Part shown: positions 37,966 to 50,628 of the stretch, piece after piece | How the letters are laid out: every line of letters starts with the position of its first letter | How positions within the stretch are numbered: position 1 is the stretch's first letter | DNA from: Flectonema sp. DT1601 | Taxonomy: Eukaryota | Length of the DNA stretch: 64,000 bases | Reading direction: 5' to 3' | Assembly (NCBI GenBank): GCA_964019425.1 | Contig: OZ025783.1 | Span: 1,674,001 to 1,738,000, forward strand | The notes under the pieces: generated by a model | The model's input: only the letters and a program-made list of their open reading frames with translations | Databases searched by the model: none | What the model was told of the DNA's origin: nothing | Position numbers and translations under genes: made by a program

Positions 37966-38535
37966 ATGTTAGCGACGGATTACCACCAACGGTTTGAAGA
38001 TCTGTCTGAAAATAGTATTCTCCGCCAAGAAGCTGAACATGCCCACCAGGAGAATGAAAACTTGAAACAGCAGCTGTCGCGGATTACGTCTGCTTTTCGA
38101 GAGCTAACTCTAATGACTGAAAGAGAACGTGACTTTCAGTATTCCATCGCAGAATCGCAAGAAATTGAAATCGGCAGCTTGAAGAAACAATTAAAAGAGA
38201 AATGCAACGAACTCGAAGAACATTTAAATGAAATACAAAAAGAGCGAGCGATTGTCGCAAAGGAGAGGACGGCGACAAAAGGTATCATCGAAAATCTTCA
38301 ACAGTCGGTCGAGTCAATTGAAAACGAAGCCGAGGAAATAGCGACTTCTTATGACATTGATTTGCCAGCTCTGAGAAGAAGACGAAGTGCTCGATTTGAA
38401 AAGAAGAATTCTTTTGTTGGCGATTACAAGGAAACGATGGCCCAGTCAATTCGACTTTCGAGAAAAGAAACCATTTCTGACTTATCAATTCAACGAGAAG
38501 TAGAAGCGGATTCAACTGCCGAATCGAACCTTTGA
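37966..38535 (+). CDS. Coiled-coil hypothetical protein
   Basis: 189-aa E/K/Q-rich heptad ORF; ATG preceded by a CAG acceptor. Confidence 0.7.
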   Translation: MLATDYHQRFEDLSENSILRQEAEHAHQENENLKQQLSRITSAFRELTLMTERERDFQYSIAESQEIEIGSLKKQLKEKCNELEEHLNEIQKERAIVAKERTATKGIIENLQQSVESIENEAEEIATSYDIDLPALRRRRSARFEKKNSFVGDYKETMAQSIRLSRKETISDLSIQREVEADSTAESNL

Positions 38536-39271
38536 CTTCTCACCATCGCTATTCCAGTAGTAGCTGTTTCACTTTGGTGGTTTGGTGGTAATAGAAAATA
38601 GTGAATACATTCCTCAGCCGGCACACACTGGTTGAAGTTAGTGAGATTTTGCAAACTTTTGTTGTTCAACTGCGTGATTTCCGTCAACAGTGGAGGGGAG
38701 TAAATGTGGAAGCACCTTTACTCGATACTTACTTCTAATAGCCCTACGAGATCCTTCGGTTTCTCAGATATAATCAGAGCAGATTTCGTGAGTTTTCACG
38801 CACCTGCCCAATGGATTCCTCTGCTTTCTTATTCCTTTTTGTTTTTTGTTATCGTCACTTGCGTTTACACACCTCTCGAATTTTCTGTCTACTACTACGT
38901 CTGCTGAATTGATATTATGACGTTTTGGATAAAAAACAAAAAGGGAACTTTTGTCAGCAAGTGTTAGTTAGTAATGATTTTTGAGGAGTGGATGATAAAC
39001 AGACGCATGTCCGTAGTTGCTTACTTGCAGTAATATTTATATCACCACTTGAATCAAATGTCTTACCCACTTCCTCACTGATTTGTTAATTGACTTCTGT
39101 TTATTCTTTTTAACGAAACAGACATCCTGACCGTTGATATTATTTATCGGATTATGTTTTCCTCCTTGTTGACCGACTTCGACTGAAGTACCAGTCGATT
39201 GCTGTGTACTGAGTACTGTCTTGGGTTACTTCAATACTTTCTCAGGTTTGAACTATCGAAATACAATAAAA

Positions 39272-40944
39272 ATGCCACTCTTAGTGAAGGGAGGAACTGT
39301 TGTAAATGATGACTTTGAAATGGAGTTGGATGTTCTTATAGATGGCGGGAAGATTATTGAAGTGAAAGAAGACATCCCAACAGCAGGTCACGAAGTTGTG
39401 GACGCAACTGGACAGTACGTCCTGCCTGGAGGAATCGATACTCACACTCATATGCAACTTCCATTTATGGGAACTGAAAGTGTGGATGACTTCCATCACG
39501 GAACTCGTGCAGCAGTTGCTGGAGGTACCACCTGTCTGCTTGACTTTGTCCTTCCTTCGAGGGGTACCAGTTTAGTTGAAGCCTACCACCAGTGGAGGAA
39601 GTGGGCTGATCCGAAAGTATGTCCCGTCAGAGCAGGAGACTAATAAATATTTTGTACCAACTCTGTTTAATTCTATTTCTGAATATTTGTTAATAACAAT
39701 CACAATCAGGTAAACTGCGACTACTCATTCCACTGCGCTGTCACCTGGTGGTCTGAAGAAGTTTCCCAACAAATGGGAGAACTTGTTGAGAAGCACGGAG
39801 TAAATAGCTTTAAGATATTTATGGCTTACAAGGGAGTATTTATGTTAAGAGACGATGAGATCTATCAAGTATTCAAAAGATGTAAAGAACTCGGAGCCCT
39901 GGCGCAAGTTCACGCTGAGAACGGTGACGTTATTGATACCCAAATGAAGAATCTTTTACAGATGGGAATCACTGGACCAGAGGGCCACTGCATGTGCAGG
40001 CCTGCTGACGTTGAGGGTGAAGCAACCAACAGAGCGATTATGATTGCTGACCAAGTGAATACTCCGGTATGGTTATTATATTTTAAAAGTAACTCCTGTC
40101 TGGTATCGAATCTAACAAATCCAACGCAGTTGTACATCGTTCATGTGATGAGTAAGGAAGCCTGCGATGCCATTGCTCGCAACAAGGCGGCGGGGAAGCT
40201 TTGCTTCGGAGAGCCAATCGCTGCAGGTCTCGGAACTGATGGTACCAACTGCTGGAATGAGGATTGGAGACATGCGAGTGCCTACGTTATGGGACCTCCA
40301 CTAAGACCAGATCCAACAGTAAAAGAGTACTTGATGAAAGGATTGGCATCTGGTATGCTCGCCTGTGTTGGTACCGACAACTGCACCTTCAATGCTGATC
40401 AGAAAGCGATGGGAAAAGACGACTTCTCAAAGATTCCAAACGGTGTGAACGGAATTGAAGACAGGATGTCAATTGTTTGGGAAAAGGGAGTAAAGACTGG
40501 AATCTTAACCAGGTATGTGTCGTTTTATTTTAAGAAAGAGTCGTCTCTTACGTATATTTTACTAATTCTAATTAAAACAGGAAACAATTTGTGAGCGCGA
40601 CAACAACCGCAGCAGCGAAAATCTTCAACTTGTACCCGCAGAAGGGAAGAATTGCTGTTGGCAGTGACGCCGATGTTGTAGTGTGGAAAGACGTGCCTCG
40701 TACTATTTCAAAGAATACTCACCACCACGCTGTTGACTTCAACATCTTTGAAGGAATGTCAGTTCACGGTGTCGCAACGACAACCATAAGCAGGGGAGTA
40801 GTAGTTTGGCAAGACAACAAGTTAAAGACCACTCCGGGTTCAGGAAGATTTATTCCTCGCAAACCATTCGGTCCGGTCTTTGACAGCGTCGCAATCAGAG
40901 ATGCTGAACGTGATCCTCTCAAGAGGAAGGTTGAAAGAAAGTAA
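39272..40944 (+). CDS. DPYS: Dihydropyrimidinase (D-hydantoinase); introns 39617-39709, 40067-40129, 40513-40580; 3' end uncertain
   Basis: Motifs [65 protein letters not shown]. The introns restore the frame exactly. Confidence 0.95.
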
Positions 40945-41673
40945 TTTTCTAATAATGTTCTGATCAGTCATAAATATAAAACACCAATCGTATGACACCA
41001 ATCCAGTCGGAGTAGTCGATGTTTCAAACGGAGTACAATAAACTTTTCAAACAATTTCAAGACACAAAATAAAAATCCTATTTTTTTGTGTAACTTAATT
41101 AATTTGGGATCAGTAGAGCGGTTGTGCTTTCTTAGATCCTGGGCGTAAGTTCCTAAGTGGCGTTTTTAAATATTCTTACCTGGTGGGCTCTTTATATTTT
41201 ATATTTTGTATTTTCATAATTCCTGTTTGTGTTTATCACTAAAACCAATACGTTGCTCTGTCAGTGATGATACTCACAAGCACTCAATTTATTTTCTTAG
41301 GTCGTTTTATCTTTCCTTACACTGAACAACTTGTCAGAAGTAAAAAGGAAGGCACCAGGCGTTCGTATGATTCTCGGTATCCTCGTCCACCTTAAAAAGT
41401 GTTTTTTTATAACCTGCTTGCGAGGAAAAAATCTTTTCATTTTTAGCTCGCTGAGCTTCACGTGGAAAAGTGAGGTAAAGTGCAAAAAGAAAACAAAATT
41501 TGTGTTTACACGTTTTTGAGAATGATAAGAAGTGAGGTAGTGAACTAATTCTTAATTTCAACTACAGCCAAGTACCTGAAACAGATACATCTTCGTCAGA
41601 AGATTACCAGCCTCCGACTTTAAAGAAATCAAAATATTTATATTCTCAACTTCAGGGACATCGTAGTGGAAAT

Positions 41674-42853
41674 ATGCAGCAAAGAGAACCAATGCGTGCT
41701 CGGCCTGGATTCAGGCAGGTGAAGGGAGGAGGTATGTCAATGAGTCAGAGAGAAGAGATGTTGAGAGCAAGGCAACACATTGCACTTCAGAATATTAGCA
41801 GCGCGTCAGGAGGAAACCTCGCTGATGGGGACATCATTGACACATCCAAACACCATGTTGGGTCTGGTTTTAGAACCCTCTTTTGGATAGCAGTGTTCGG
41901 ATTCATTGTTCTTATTATGGGAATTAAACTTTATGGTGAGATTGGTCTCAGACCTGAATCAGAGCTCCGTCAGGAGGCCGAAGAGCGTGAAGACTTGACA
42001 CAACAGTACTTCGACAGTATAAATAAAGGTGACGCACGAGAGGCAAGGGCTAAGGATGGAGAAATTAAGAGCGAAGATCGTTCGGAGAGATATCGCCGTG
42101 AGCGTGTTGCCAGAAGAGAAATGGAAAAGGCGCACAACAGCTTCATGGATGACATGAACTCTGGAAATTGTGATGACGAGTGCCTCGCAAGTATGAAAGC
42201 CGTTCAGGTTAAGTTTGACCAACTGCAAACTAAACCAATTGAACCTTATGGTAGTGTACTTGGTGTTAAGAACACAATGGACAAGAGAGATATTCGTGAG
42301 AAGTACAACGACCTGAAACAAAAAATTGAAGAAAACGACCCTGATGTTCTCCAGTCAGGTCTCGACATGGCTGAAGTTCAGGAGGCTTACGGAGTGTTGA
42401 TGAACAACGAAGCTCGTGCCTACTACAACTTGTACGATGAAAGACCTCCAGCACACATGAGATCGAACGCTCGTATCGCAATCCACGGTGGGTGGGGTCT
42501 TGAGATGCAGCTCCAATCTTGGAAGGCAAAGCTCATGCTCTCTTGGTTGGAATACTTTAACAACAAGTACGCTGACTTTGGAGCACTTTTTATGCTCGCA
42601 TTCGTTACCGCCCTTCCGATTATTGTTAACATTCGTTCCTTCATTCGTATGGTTCGTGGAGCCTTCCCAGAGATTGACCCGGAGACTTCCCAAGAACACA
42701 GTGAGAAGATGGCTGAGGTTTGTTATTTCTATTGGAACTTGTCTTGAGTCACATTTGCTTTAGTTTTGTTTTAATTTATCTTCTCCGAGTCATAATCCTA
42801 ACAAAATAAAACAGTTGAGACGTATCCAGCGCCGAGGAGTTCACCGTCGGTAG
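41674..42853 (+). CDS. Membrane protein with a degenerate DnaJ (J-like) domain; intron 42718-42814
   Basis: PYGSVLGV...DIREKY...DPD...EVQEAYGVLMNNEARAYYN follows the J-domain pattern, with DPD in place of HPD. Two TM helices flank it. Confidence 0.75.
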
Positions 42854-44559
42854 TCTGGTTCCGTGAAAGTGCTGAGAGAACATCGAAGGGGTGTCTGGGG
42901 AATGATTAATCAAAAGAAAATAAAATAAGAGAAAGAAATCTCGAAATTGGCATATTTCCTGTCCAAAGAAACAAGAAGGCAAGAAATAATAAAAAGAAAC
43001 GATCATTTAAAAGAAAGATTGCGTGCCAGGTGGATGTTCTTAAAACGTCCGAACTTTTTTTTTTTTTTTTTGTATTTTAGTATCCTACCTTTCCCTTGGA
43101 TTTCAACGTACCGAACCTACTCCTGAGTATCGGTTCTTGTGAGATGGTAACTGTTGCTATTAGACGATAGTACTAACAGTTAAGTACTTCTCACATTAGT
43201 TTCTAACGGTCGGAATACTGTTTGAGATGCTGTTCTCAATTAGGTTTCAATCTATTTTTTATTTGATATGACTAACTTCCTATTTGTGTTGCAGCTTTCG
43301 GAACACTTATCAAATTAGTGTCGTCGCTCAATTTGTTGCAACCAAAGTGAAGAAGTAAACATCGATACGCTTGTTCTTCCTGCTGTCGACTAACTTATTT
43401 ACAACTTCTGTGATAGTTTTGAAATAATTTGTTTAGTTAGTTTATTTTCATCGAAGCGCAGGATCGCTTTCTTATAAAATTGTGGAGGCTCTCCCTGGAG
43501 CTGGAAGCGTATTTCCCTGACTGGATAAATACGTCTCTTGTTGAGGATGAGCTATGTCAATATCAAAATATCGTATCGTGTCTATGACTGTATTTCATAC
43601 TATCACCGTAGTCATTACTCAGACGTAAGTTAATGAGCTTCACTTCTGAGAGTGAACAACTCGGATTATGTCTCCGGATTGGGTCCTCTGTTACTTAGCA
43701 CAGTAACGTTTTGGATTATATAACTAAGTAACTTATTGACTGTTTTCTTTTGATTGACTGATAATTATTAATACTCCAGCGTCATTCAATTGGATTTCCC
43801 GCCCTCTCCCCTTCTTTTGACTGATAACCATTAATACTAACTCCAGCGTCAAACATCTTAAATATATATTTTGGAAATCATAACATTCTGTCTGCTATTT
43901 CTACTTCTCGTGACACTCGCACTCAGATCGTTCATAGCAACGCAGTTGTGACAGCTCTAAAGAAATGGACGTAACGCAGAAGTTGTGTGTTCGTGGTTCA
44001 CTTTCTTCATGTTTTTATTATGCTTTTTTTGTGATTGAAAGAGTAGTTACCTGTTTTCCAAAACGGGTTGCTCTCGCGCAGGTAAGGCAACTCATCAACT
44101 AAGTGAAGATAGTTTCCTGAGTCCCACATTCAGGTTCTAATTGTGCAAAGAAAAGGAAGAAAAGAAAAAAAAAAGACAGAAAAAAAAAATGGGAAAAAAA
44201 CGTGATGTACTGAACATAGCGAGCAATACATCGTTTTACTTTTCTTTCCGTTGTTGTTTTTTTGTTTTAATTTATTTTTTTATTTTTATTTTCGTTTTTT
44301 TATCTTTTCCCAAAAGAAGGAATAATGAGAAATGCATCATCCCCTCTGTTCTCTCAGCCATGCGCGTTAAGAGGGATGCTTCGTGTAGCTGAAAGTGTGC
44401 TCATCTGTCCAGTACTAAATATTTGTCATTTCAGTAGTGAGATATCTCATGAAGATAATAAAACATATTTCTATTCGTCAGGTTTGTTTAACGATGAAGC
44501 CACAGTTTTTGTTTGTTACGTTTCCCTCAATTTAATGAAACAGTTTGTTGCTCAGTAAA

Positions 44560-45465
44560 ATGAAAACAAACATGGTAAGGGCTCCAGTTCGATATGGAGA
44601 TATCGATGACAGTCAAGAAGTGCATGACGAGATCCGGGAAGTTGGATCTAAAATTCAAAAAAGAATAGCAGAGAATCGAATGCCTGGTAGCGAGTCAGCA
44701 ATGCTGAGCAACATGCGAGAACACGGAGCTGCACCTGGCGGTAAGAAGCTGATGGACAATGAAATGGCTGCTGCTTTATGGTCAATTGAGAGTGGCATTT
44801 ATGTAACCTTTCAGTCGTCAAATGGAAATGACTGCTGCAGAGTTGGTCCAGCAACGAGGTGCTTTTGTGGACACTCACTTGAAACACACGGAGCTGGGAA
44901 CCTTTTGCGAAAAACATCTTGTAGTCAGTGTAAGTGTAGATATTTTAATTATATTCCAACTCGTCCTGAAGAGATTGGAATGGGTCACCTTCCAAGAAGG
45001 AAAAACTTCAACATCCATGAGTGGTCACCAGGATGTAAATGTCAACATGGATCAGCTGAACACCGTACAGGGAGATGTAATAAGTGCGGCTGCTGCAGCT
45101 ACCAGTCAGATTGGCTTTGCGTTGCATGTGATCAGCACCTTGAAGATCACATGACTGTTGTAGAAACTGAAGAAGAAAGAAGACAACAAGGGAAACCAGT
45201 TGGAAATCAATACAAACCATTAGCAACTGTGAATCCAGAGTTCGCTTCTCTTGTTTTCGGAAGCGCTCCGATGAGCGCTCATCAGAAAGTAATTAAAAGA
45301 CCTTCTCAGAAAGTGACTTCTACTTCGCGACGCATTGCGCCATCCGCTTCGTCTTCATCTTCTGCTCCAACCGCCAGAAGCGCAACCTGCGACAGTTGCT
45401 CAACACCTTTCAGCACACCCACAGCAAAGTTTTGTTCAGAATGTGGAACTCGAAGGAACCCGTGA
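44560..45465 (+). CDS. FAM221: FAM221-family Cys/His-rich protein with C-terminal zinc ribbon
   Basis: CRVGPATRCFCGH..H, CKCRYFNYIPTRPEE, CKCQHGSAEH, CVACDQHLEDHMTVVETEEER; terminal CDSC...KFCSECG. Confidence 0.8.
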   Translation: MKTNMVRAPVRYGDIDDSQEVHDEIREVGSKIQKRIAENRMPGSESAMLSNMREHGAAPGGKKLMDNEMAAALWSIESGIYVTFQSSNGNDCCRVGPATRCFCGHSLETHGAGNLLRKTSCSQCKCRYFNYIPTRPEEIGMGHLPRRKNFNIHEWSPGCKCQHGSAEHRTGRCNKCGCCSYQSDWLCVACDQHLEDHMTVVETEEERRQQGKPVGNQYKPLATVNPEFASLVFGSAPMSAHQKVIKRPSQKVTSTSRRIAPSASSSSSAPTARSATCDSCSTPFSTPTAKFCSECGTRRNP

Positions 45466-45776
45466 GAACATATGTTCGTGGTCTTCTTCATTTAGAATAA
45501 AGAAGAGAAATACTCCTCCTGTTTTAAGATTGAATTACTTGTGTTGCCTTCTGACGTTCGACTTGAGTTATTTTCTACTGAGAATTTGCAAAGGATCGCC
45601 TCCTGATTTCCTGAATAATCGGGATCAGCATCTTTACGAACAGCAGCCATGTGACATACACTCCCCTACCCTAGCCTGTTTCATTAATTAGTAAGGATTT
45701 ATTAGACACATTTATGGGTTTTAATATTTAATTTCATAACTAAAAAACTTCTTACCCGCAGGGGGTGACACAATAA

Positions 45777-47460
45777 ATGTATCACGGCTCAATTGCCGAG
45801 ACTCTCGGGACGAGTCTGCCGAGCATCATGCCGGGAGGAGTCAGCGACGATTTGGAAATTCCAAACACAACGAAAAGTAGCAACTTGGATGCGTTACTTT
45901 CGAAAGCGCAGTTAAGTACTTCTGCACAACGGGGTTCTCAGCAAGTGCCGCAAAGTTTTTGTTTACAGCAGCCAACAAATATCCTGCCAGCCGCTCCAAT
46001 GGCGCCGATCCAGCAGATCGCTTCTCCGATGCAATTGAACGCACCTCCAGCTGCGGTCACACAATTATTGCAACCTATTCATCAGGTACAGCAACCTATT
46101 CATCAGGTACAGCAACCTATTCATCAGGTACAGCAACCTATTCATCAGATACAGCAACCTATTCATCAGGTGCAGCAACCGGCAGCTATGCCGCAAGCCT
46201 CCGTTCCGCAGGCGTCTTTCGTACCTGTTCAGCCTTCTGCTGTTTCGGATGTTGCACTTGAGGCGCAAATGCTGCAGCACCAATTAGCCCGTCAAACTGG
46301 TGATATGCAGAATTTTCTGAAGTCGGAATTAAACAAACTATCAGCTGCCATGCGTTCCATCTCACTCTCTCCGCCAAGGATGGGATCAGTTGCACAACCG
46401 ACGACTGGACTATTGGCACAGAACTCGCAGCCTTACGCAGTTCCACCTCACGTGTTGTCTCAAGAGTTGCAATTACAGGATCTCACTTCTGTGACAGCAA
46501 TACAACCGTCTGCAGTGTCAATGAGAGCTCAGCATGTGAGTCAGCCTGTTTTGAGTCAGCCGGTGGCTTACGCGACCCCAGTGAGAGTCGTAACATCTGA
46601 AATGGTGACAGAGGCCCAGAAGCGGGTTGCAAGTCCTGTCTGGGACTCAGAATTTGTAAACAACTCAGACGATAATCAAACGAGAGGACTGACTGCCCCT
46701 ATGCTGGCAAGATTCGCTGAGAATTTCAGTGAAGCGACTACTTCCATGCCAACCATCAGAGGACTGAATGATTCAGTTGCCGATCAGAATATCGAACTCA
46801 TTAACCCGCCTTCTGAGTCTACTCACGTAGTAGATCCTGAGGTGGTGAGAGAACATTATTTTAAATTGAAGAGGTCGCTTAGTCATGTTGAAGAAGCCCC
46901 AAGTGCTATGCAGCACGCCAACAATCTCGGGGCTTTGAGTTTCGAAACCCTAATTGACGTCCTTCACGAGCAATATCCAACTTTAGAGAGAAAAGAAGTG
47001 GCGCTGACGTGGAGATCACTGGTCACTGCTTATCAACAGGCTGGGGCTAACTTTGCAGCAAGACCTGCCGGAAAGCCTTCAAACCCAAAGCACTACGAGT
47101 TGGACGAGTCTCCACCTCCAACTCCAAAGAGTAGTGCGAAGTCTAACTTGTCGGAAGAGTACACCACCAACAACTATGAGACTACTCTCAAAGAAGTGAT
47201 GAGTTTTATCGACAAACGTATGTATTTTATGTTAAAGAACTCTTGTGAGTATCAAAGTATCGAATTACAAGTTTTCTAATAAATAAATTAAAATTAGCAA
47301 CACAGCGCTGAGTCCGAAGTCAATCCAGCGTATTACGAGAGTTCGCCGTAAGACAGACGTAACTGCTGGAGAGCAGACTATCCCAGCGAATGCCACGGCA
47401 GCGTATCCCATTCCGTTTCAAGAAACCCAACTGCCAGTTGTACCGCAGGGATATTACTAA
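45777..47460 (+). CDS. Gln/Pro-rich hypothetical protein; intron 47218-47305
   Basis: 500-aa ORF plus a GTATGT...CACAG intron giving a 51-codon last exon ending TAA at 47458-47460. Confidence 0.7.
46071..46180 (+). repeat. Coding minisatellite, 5 x 21 bp (CAACCTATTCATCAGGTACAG), encoding QPIHQVQ
   Basis: Directly visible; units differ at only 1 position in copies 4 and 5. Confidence 0.95.
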
Positions 47461-48458
47461 ACATTCGCAGTCAACTGATGTATGAAATAGTGAAGTGGTC
47501 TCATTGTACGAGTAGCTGGTCGGCGAGTATTTATCAGTCGGTTCTCCTTTTTAAAAGAACAAGGAAGAAATCCTTCCCAACTGTCATTAGCAATTGTATT
47601 TTGTTACATTGGTAGTCTCCTTTAAGAAGCCTTTATTCCAAACAAAAGAGGAATGTTTTAGAGCCTCCGTTCTGCAGCTGTTTTTTTTTGTTTATTCTTT
47701 CCGCATTCTGATTGCCGATGATGTTGTGTTGTATGTGTCCCGTGGAGGTTCGCTTTAAATAGCCTGTTGAACCTAAACTACTGGCTGTAGGTAAAGACTC
47801 TGTACTGTTGGTGCAGAGTACAGTTCATCTCTAGTGTTCGTTTGCTTCTTCACAGATCTCTGTGAACTTCTTGAGACATGTCTCTCACGTTCTTTAGATA
47901 CAATTCTCCTTTCGTATTTGTAGAGGCGTCTTAAGTAGGCTGGCTACAACTTTATAACATGCGACGAATACGAGGTGGTCTTGTTTAGCGCAGTCTCCTC
48001 GGAGAATATTTGCGATGAAAAAGCATAAGCTTTTTTCCTCGTGTAGAAGGAACTATGGTACCACATAGAGAGAGAGAGAACTCAACGACGTGTTTTTCAG
48101 CTAAAATGAAATACTTAACCTGTACACACTCTCCATATGTCACCCAGGACATAAAATGTTCTTCAGTTCCAATGGCCTGTTTGTGATGCGCACTATTAGT
48201 ACCCGCCTTTCTCCGCTCCGCATTTTATTGTTTCCTTTCTTTACCTGATGTGTATCTCACCCCCTCGTAATCCCCAATTCGCATATCGATCTGTACTTCA
48301 GCGTTTGTTACTTTTATTGCCATCAAATTAATCTCCATTTCGATTTTCCAGTTAAGAGGGAGTCAGGCTTTACGAGATGATGTCGTTGTCTGAGTAGTTC
48401 GAGAGCAACACACTTTGTCTGGTTATTACAATCCATTCCCTTCAGTTGCCAACAAATA

Positions 48459-48944
48459 ATGAAAACTGATCCCTCTTGCGATCTTTCGGAGCTGTCGCTC
48501 TCTCAATTGCGCGCGATTTCTGAAAATGAAGAGGCCTATAATTTATTCTTGGAAGGAACTGTGACTTCGGAAGATATCCGAAGGAACGAAGGAGAGATGG
48601 AAACAGAGTTGGCAGACTTAGAAACGTGCAGGAAGGATGTTAGTAAGATTCAAGAGACTCTTCAGGGGAAGTTGACAGAATTGAAGACGTCAGCACGTAA
48701 CAAACATGAAACACTCAGTCGGTTGTCAGCTGTTTACATTGACGACGCCATGAAAGACAACGTCTCTGAACTTGAGGCTTCTTCGGACAAACTCCTCACC
48801 GAATTTACTGAATCTCGACTTTCTATCGACGAGTTTCTTTCTAAATTCGTTAAGGAAAGAAAACAATTTCACATTAATAACCATAAATACAAGGACAAAG
48901 AGCGCCTTGCAAAGCAGTTAATTGGAGCCATACAAACGGAATAG
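48459..48944 (+). CDS. VPS37: ESCRT-I subunit Vps37 (Mod(r) domain)
   Basis: N-terminal LSELSLSQL..L..N, coiled coil, and C-terminal E.SSDKL..EF....LSIDEFLSKFVKERKQFH. Confidence 0.75.
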   Translation: MKTDPSCDLSELSLSQLRAISENEEAYNLFLEGTVTSEDIRRNEGEMETELADLETCRKDVSKIQETLQGKLTELKTSARNKHETLSRLSAVYIDDAMKDNVSELEASSDKLLTEFTESRLSIDEFLSKFVKERKQFHINNHKYKDKERLAKQLIGAIQTE

Positions 48945-49297
48945 TGTTAGTTTTTACTATTCTGCATGTAGTGGAACTTTCTTGATGTGATCTTTGTGCT
49001 GGTACAGCAAGTAAAATAAATTTTGTGATTCGCTCTTCGTATCTTTTTGTTTTGTTTCGTATTTGTTTTCTTCTTGTTCTCAATAAGAAGTTGATTGGGT
49101 AGTTAAATTCGTAATATTTCTGACATCCCACTAAAGAACTTTTAGTCTACACTGACCACCAGTTAATTCGATTGGGGTTTAGTAATTATTATCAGAAACC
49201 TATTTTAGTTTCAGTCCTAAAATGTTTACAATGCGGAGTTCTTGTTAAATATTATTGAGTTGTGTGAGGTTTCTTATTCCTATTCTTTACAGCTACG

Positions 49298-50068
49298 ATG
49301 GGGTGTGCCGTAAACCCTCCATTAAAAGAAAATGATCCGATCGAAGTAAAAGTAGTCGGGTACTACCCAGAGGGAGGTTTTTATGCTGTTCGTCTGCTGG
49401 CAAGTTGTGACGTGAGGATGAGACCAGGAGAAATACGAAGAATTACTTTTGGAAGGGGTGGTATGGATGTCGCAATAATGAGAGAAGATGAGAATGGAGG
49501 TCATGCTCACTCAGTAATATGTTGGGGAATAATAAACACTCCTGAGATAGCTGCAGTTGTGAAGTCATCCGGAATTGTGAAGCTCCACAAACCTTCGGCT
49601 TGTTTTGGATTCCTCGCGAATCCTCCAAACACAAAGGTAGTCCTCCTGATAGTATCTGGACTCGGGATATCAAGAATCTATCCGTCACTTAGACAACTTA
49701 TGACAGGAGAAGAAGTCTGTGAGCCGATGGACATCCAGCTATTCTTCGCAGCCGAGAATCGATCAGATCTCGCGTTCACTTCCGATTTGGACGCTTGGGA
49801 AGCAGATCAGTTCAGGAACAGCGCTCCTCACTCACACTACCTGTCAGTTCAATACGTCATCTTAGAACCAGATTCTGAATGGGGTGGTCTCACTGGTACC
49901 GTAACTTCTAAAACTCTCTTAACTTGTTGTGAAGTTGTTTCAGCGACTTGTTATGTGTCTGGTGATGATGATTTTGTGACTGATGTTTGTGAAGAGCTGG
50001 CATTCTGCGGGGTGTCGAGAGAAATGATTTACACATCAGCAGTTACAAATAATCAAACGGGAGAATAG
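49298..50068 (+). CDS. Ferredoxin-reductase-like NAD(P)-binding domain protein (divergent)
   Basis: VLLIVSGLGISRIYPSL, IQLFFAAENRSDLAF, WGGLTGTVT and CYVSGDDDFV..V.EEL..CGV..EMIY echo the FNR/cytochrome-b5-reductase NAD-binding fold. Confidence 0.7.
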   Translation: MGCAVNPPLKENDPIEVKVVGYYPEGGFYAVRLLASCDVRMRPGEIRRITFGRGGMDVAIMREDENGGHAHSVICWGIINTPEIAAVVKSSGIVKLHKPSACFGFLANPPNTKVVLLIVSGLGISRIYPSLRQLMTGEEVCEPMDIQLFFAAENRSDLAFTSDLDAWEADQFRNSAPHSHYLSVQYVILEPDSEWGGLTGTVTSKTLLTCCEVVSATCYVSGDDDFVTDVCEELAFCGVSREMIYTSAVTNNQTGE

Positions 50069-50628
50069 TTTTAACTCTGAGATAACAATATCTGGTGAGA
50101 AAACACAATTCCTCGGATACGAACAGCTATCTGAAGTCAACTGTTTTACACATTTACACATTATTCCCTTCGCATGTTTGCCTTTTGTTTGGTTTTTTTT
50201 AACTATTCTAAATATTATTTTACTGTTCTTTCAGTTTTAGTTGATAACATTTTATTGTGGTTTGCATTATCCTTCTCGCCGCCTATTTATTTTTCATCCC
50301 CCTCTGTAAGACCTGACGTCACAAATATTTTATTGCAATTATTGGTATCGTTCTTACGAGTCGGTACTCATATTCACAATGGTCTTCTTATAGCTCACTT
50401 TATTTAAAATAGTTACTTGATACGTTAACATCTCATTAAATGATTTGTTTGTTTTTGTTGATATTCGTGGTGTGCTTTTTAATTAAATCCTTGCAGTGCT
50501 TTGATTTGTCCCCCTCCCGGGTATTAGTATCAAGTTACCTCCTGTCCCGGGGTTGTGTGGTACTTCTTGCAGAAAGTAGTTTTAGTATTATACGTACATC
50601 GTGTTTATGAATATTTCTCAAAGTACCC

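Noticed and set aside
40941..41041. Possible non-canonical last intron of DPYS leading to SYDTNPVGVVDVSNGVQ*
   Set aside because: No AG acceptor in the needed phase; the in-frame TAA at 40942-40944 or a 27-nt intron are equally possible. Needs transcripts.
43758..43851. Short local duplications (CTGATAA..ATTAATACT..CCAGCGTCA; also CTCGATATTTCATAAGA near 57970 and 58043)
   Set aside because: Two-copy micro-duplications in AT-rich spacers with no further structure.
46071..46180. 21-bp tandem array as a possible CRISPR-like or regulatory array
   Set aside because: No spacers; it is an in-frame coding minisatellite.
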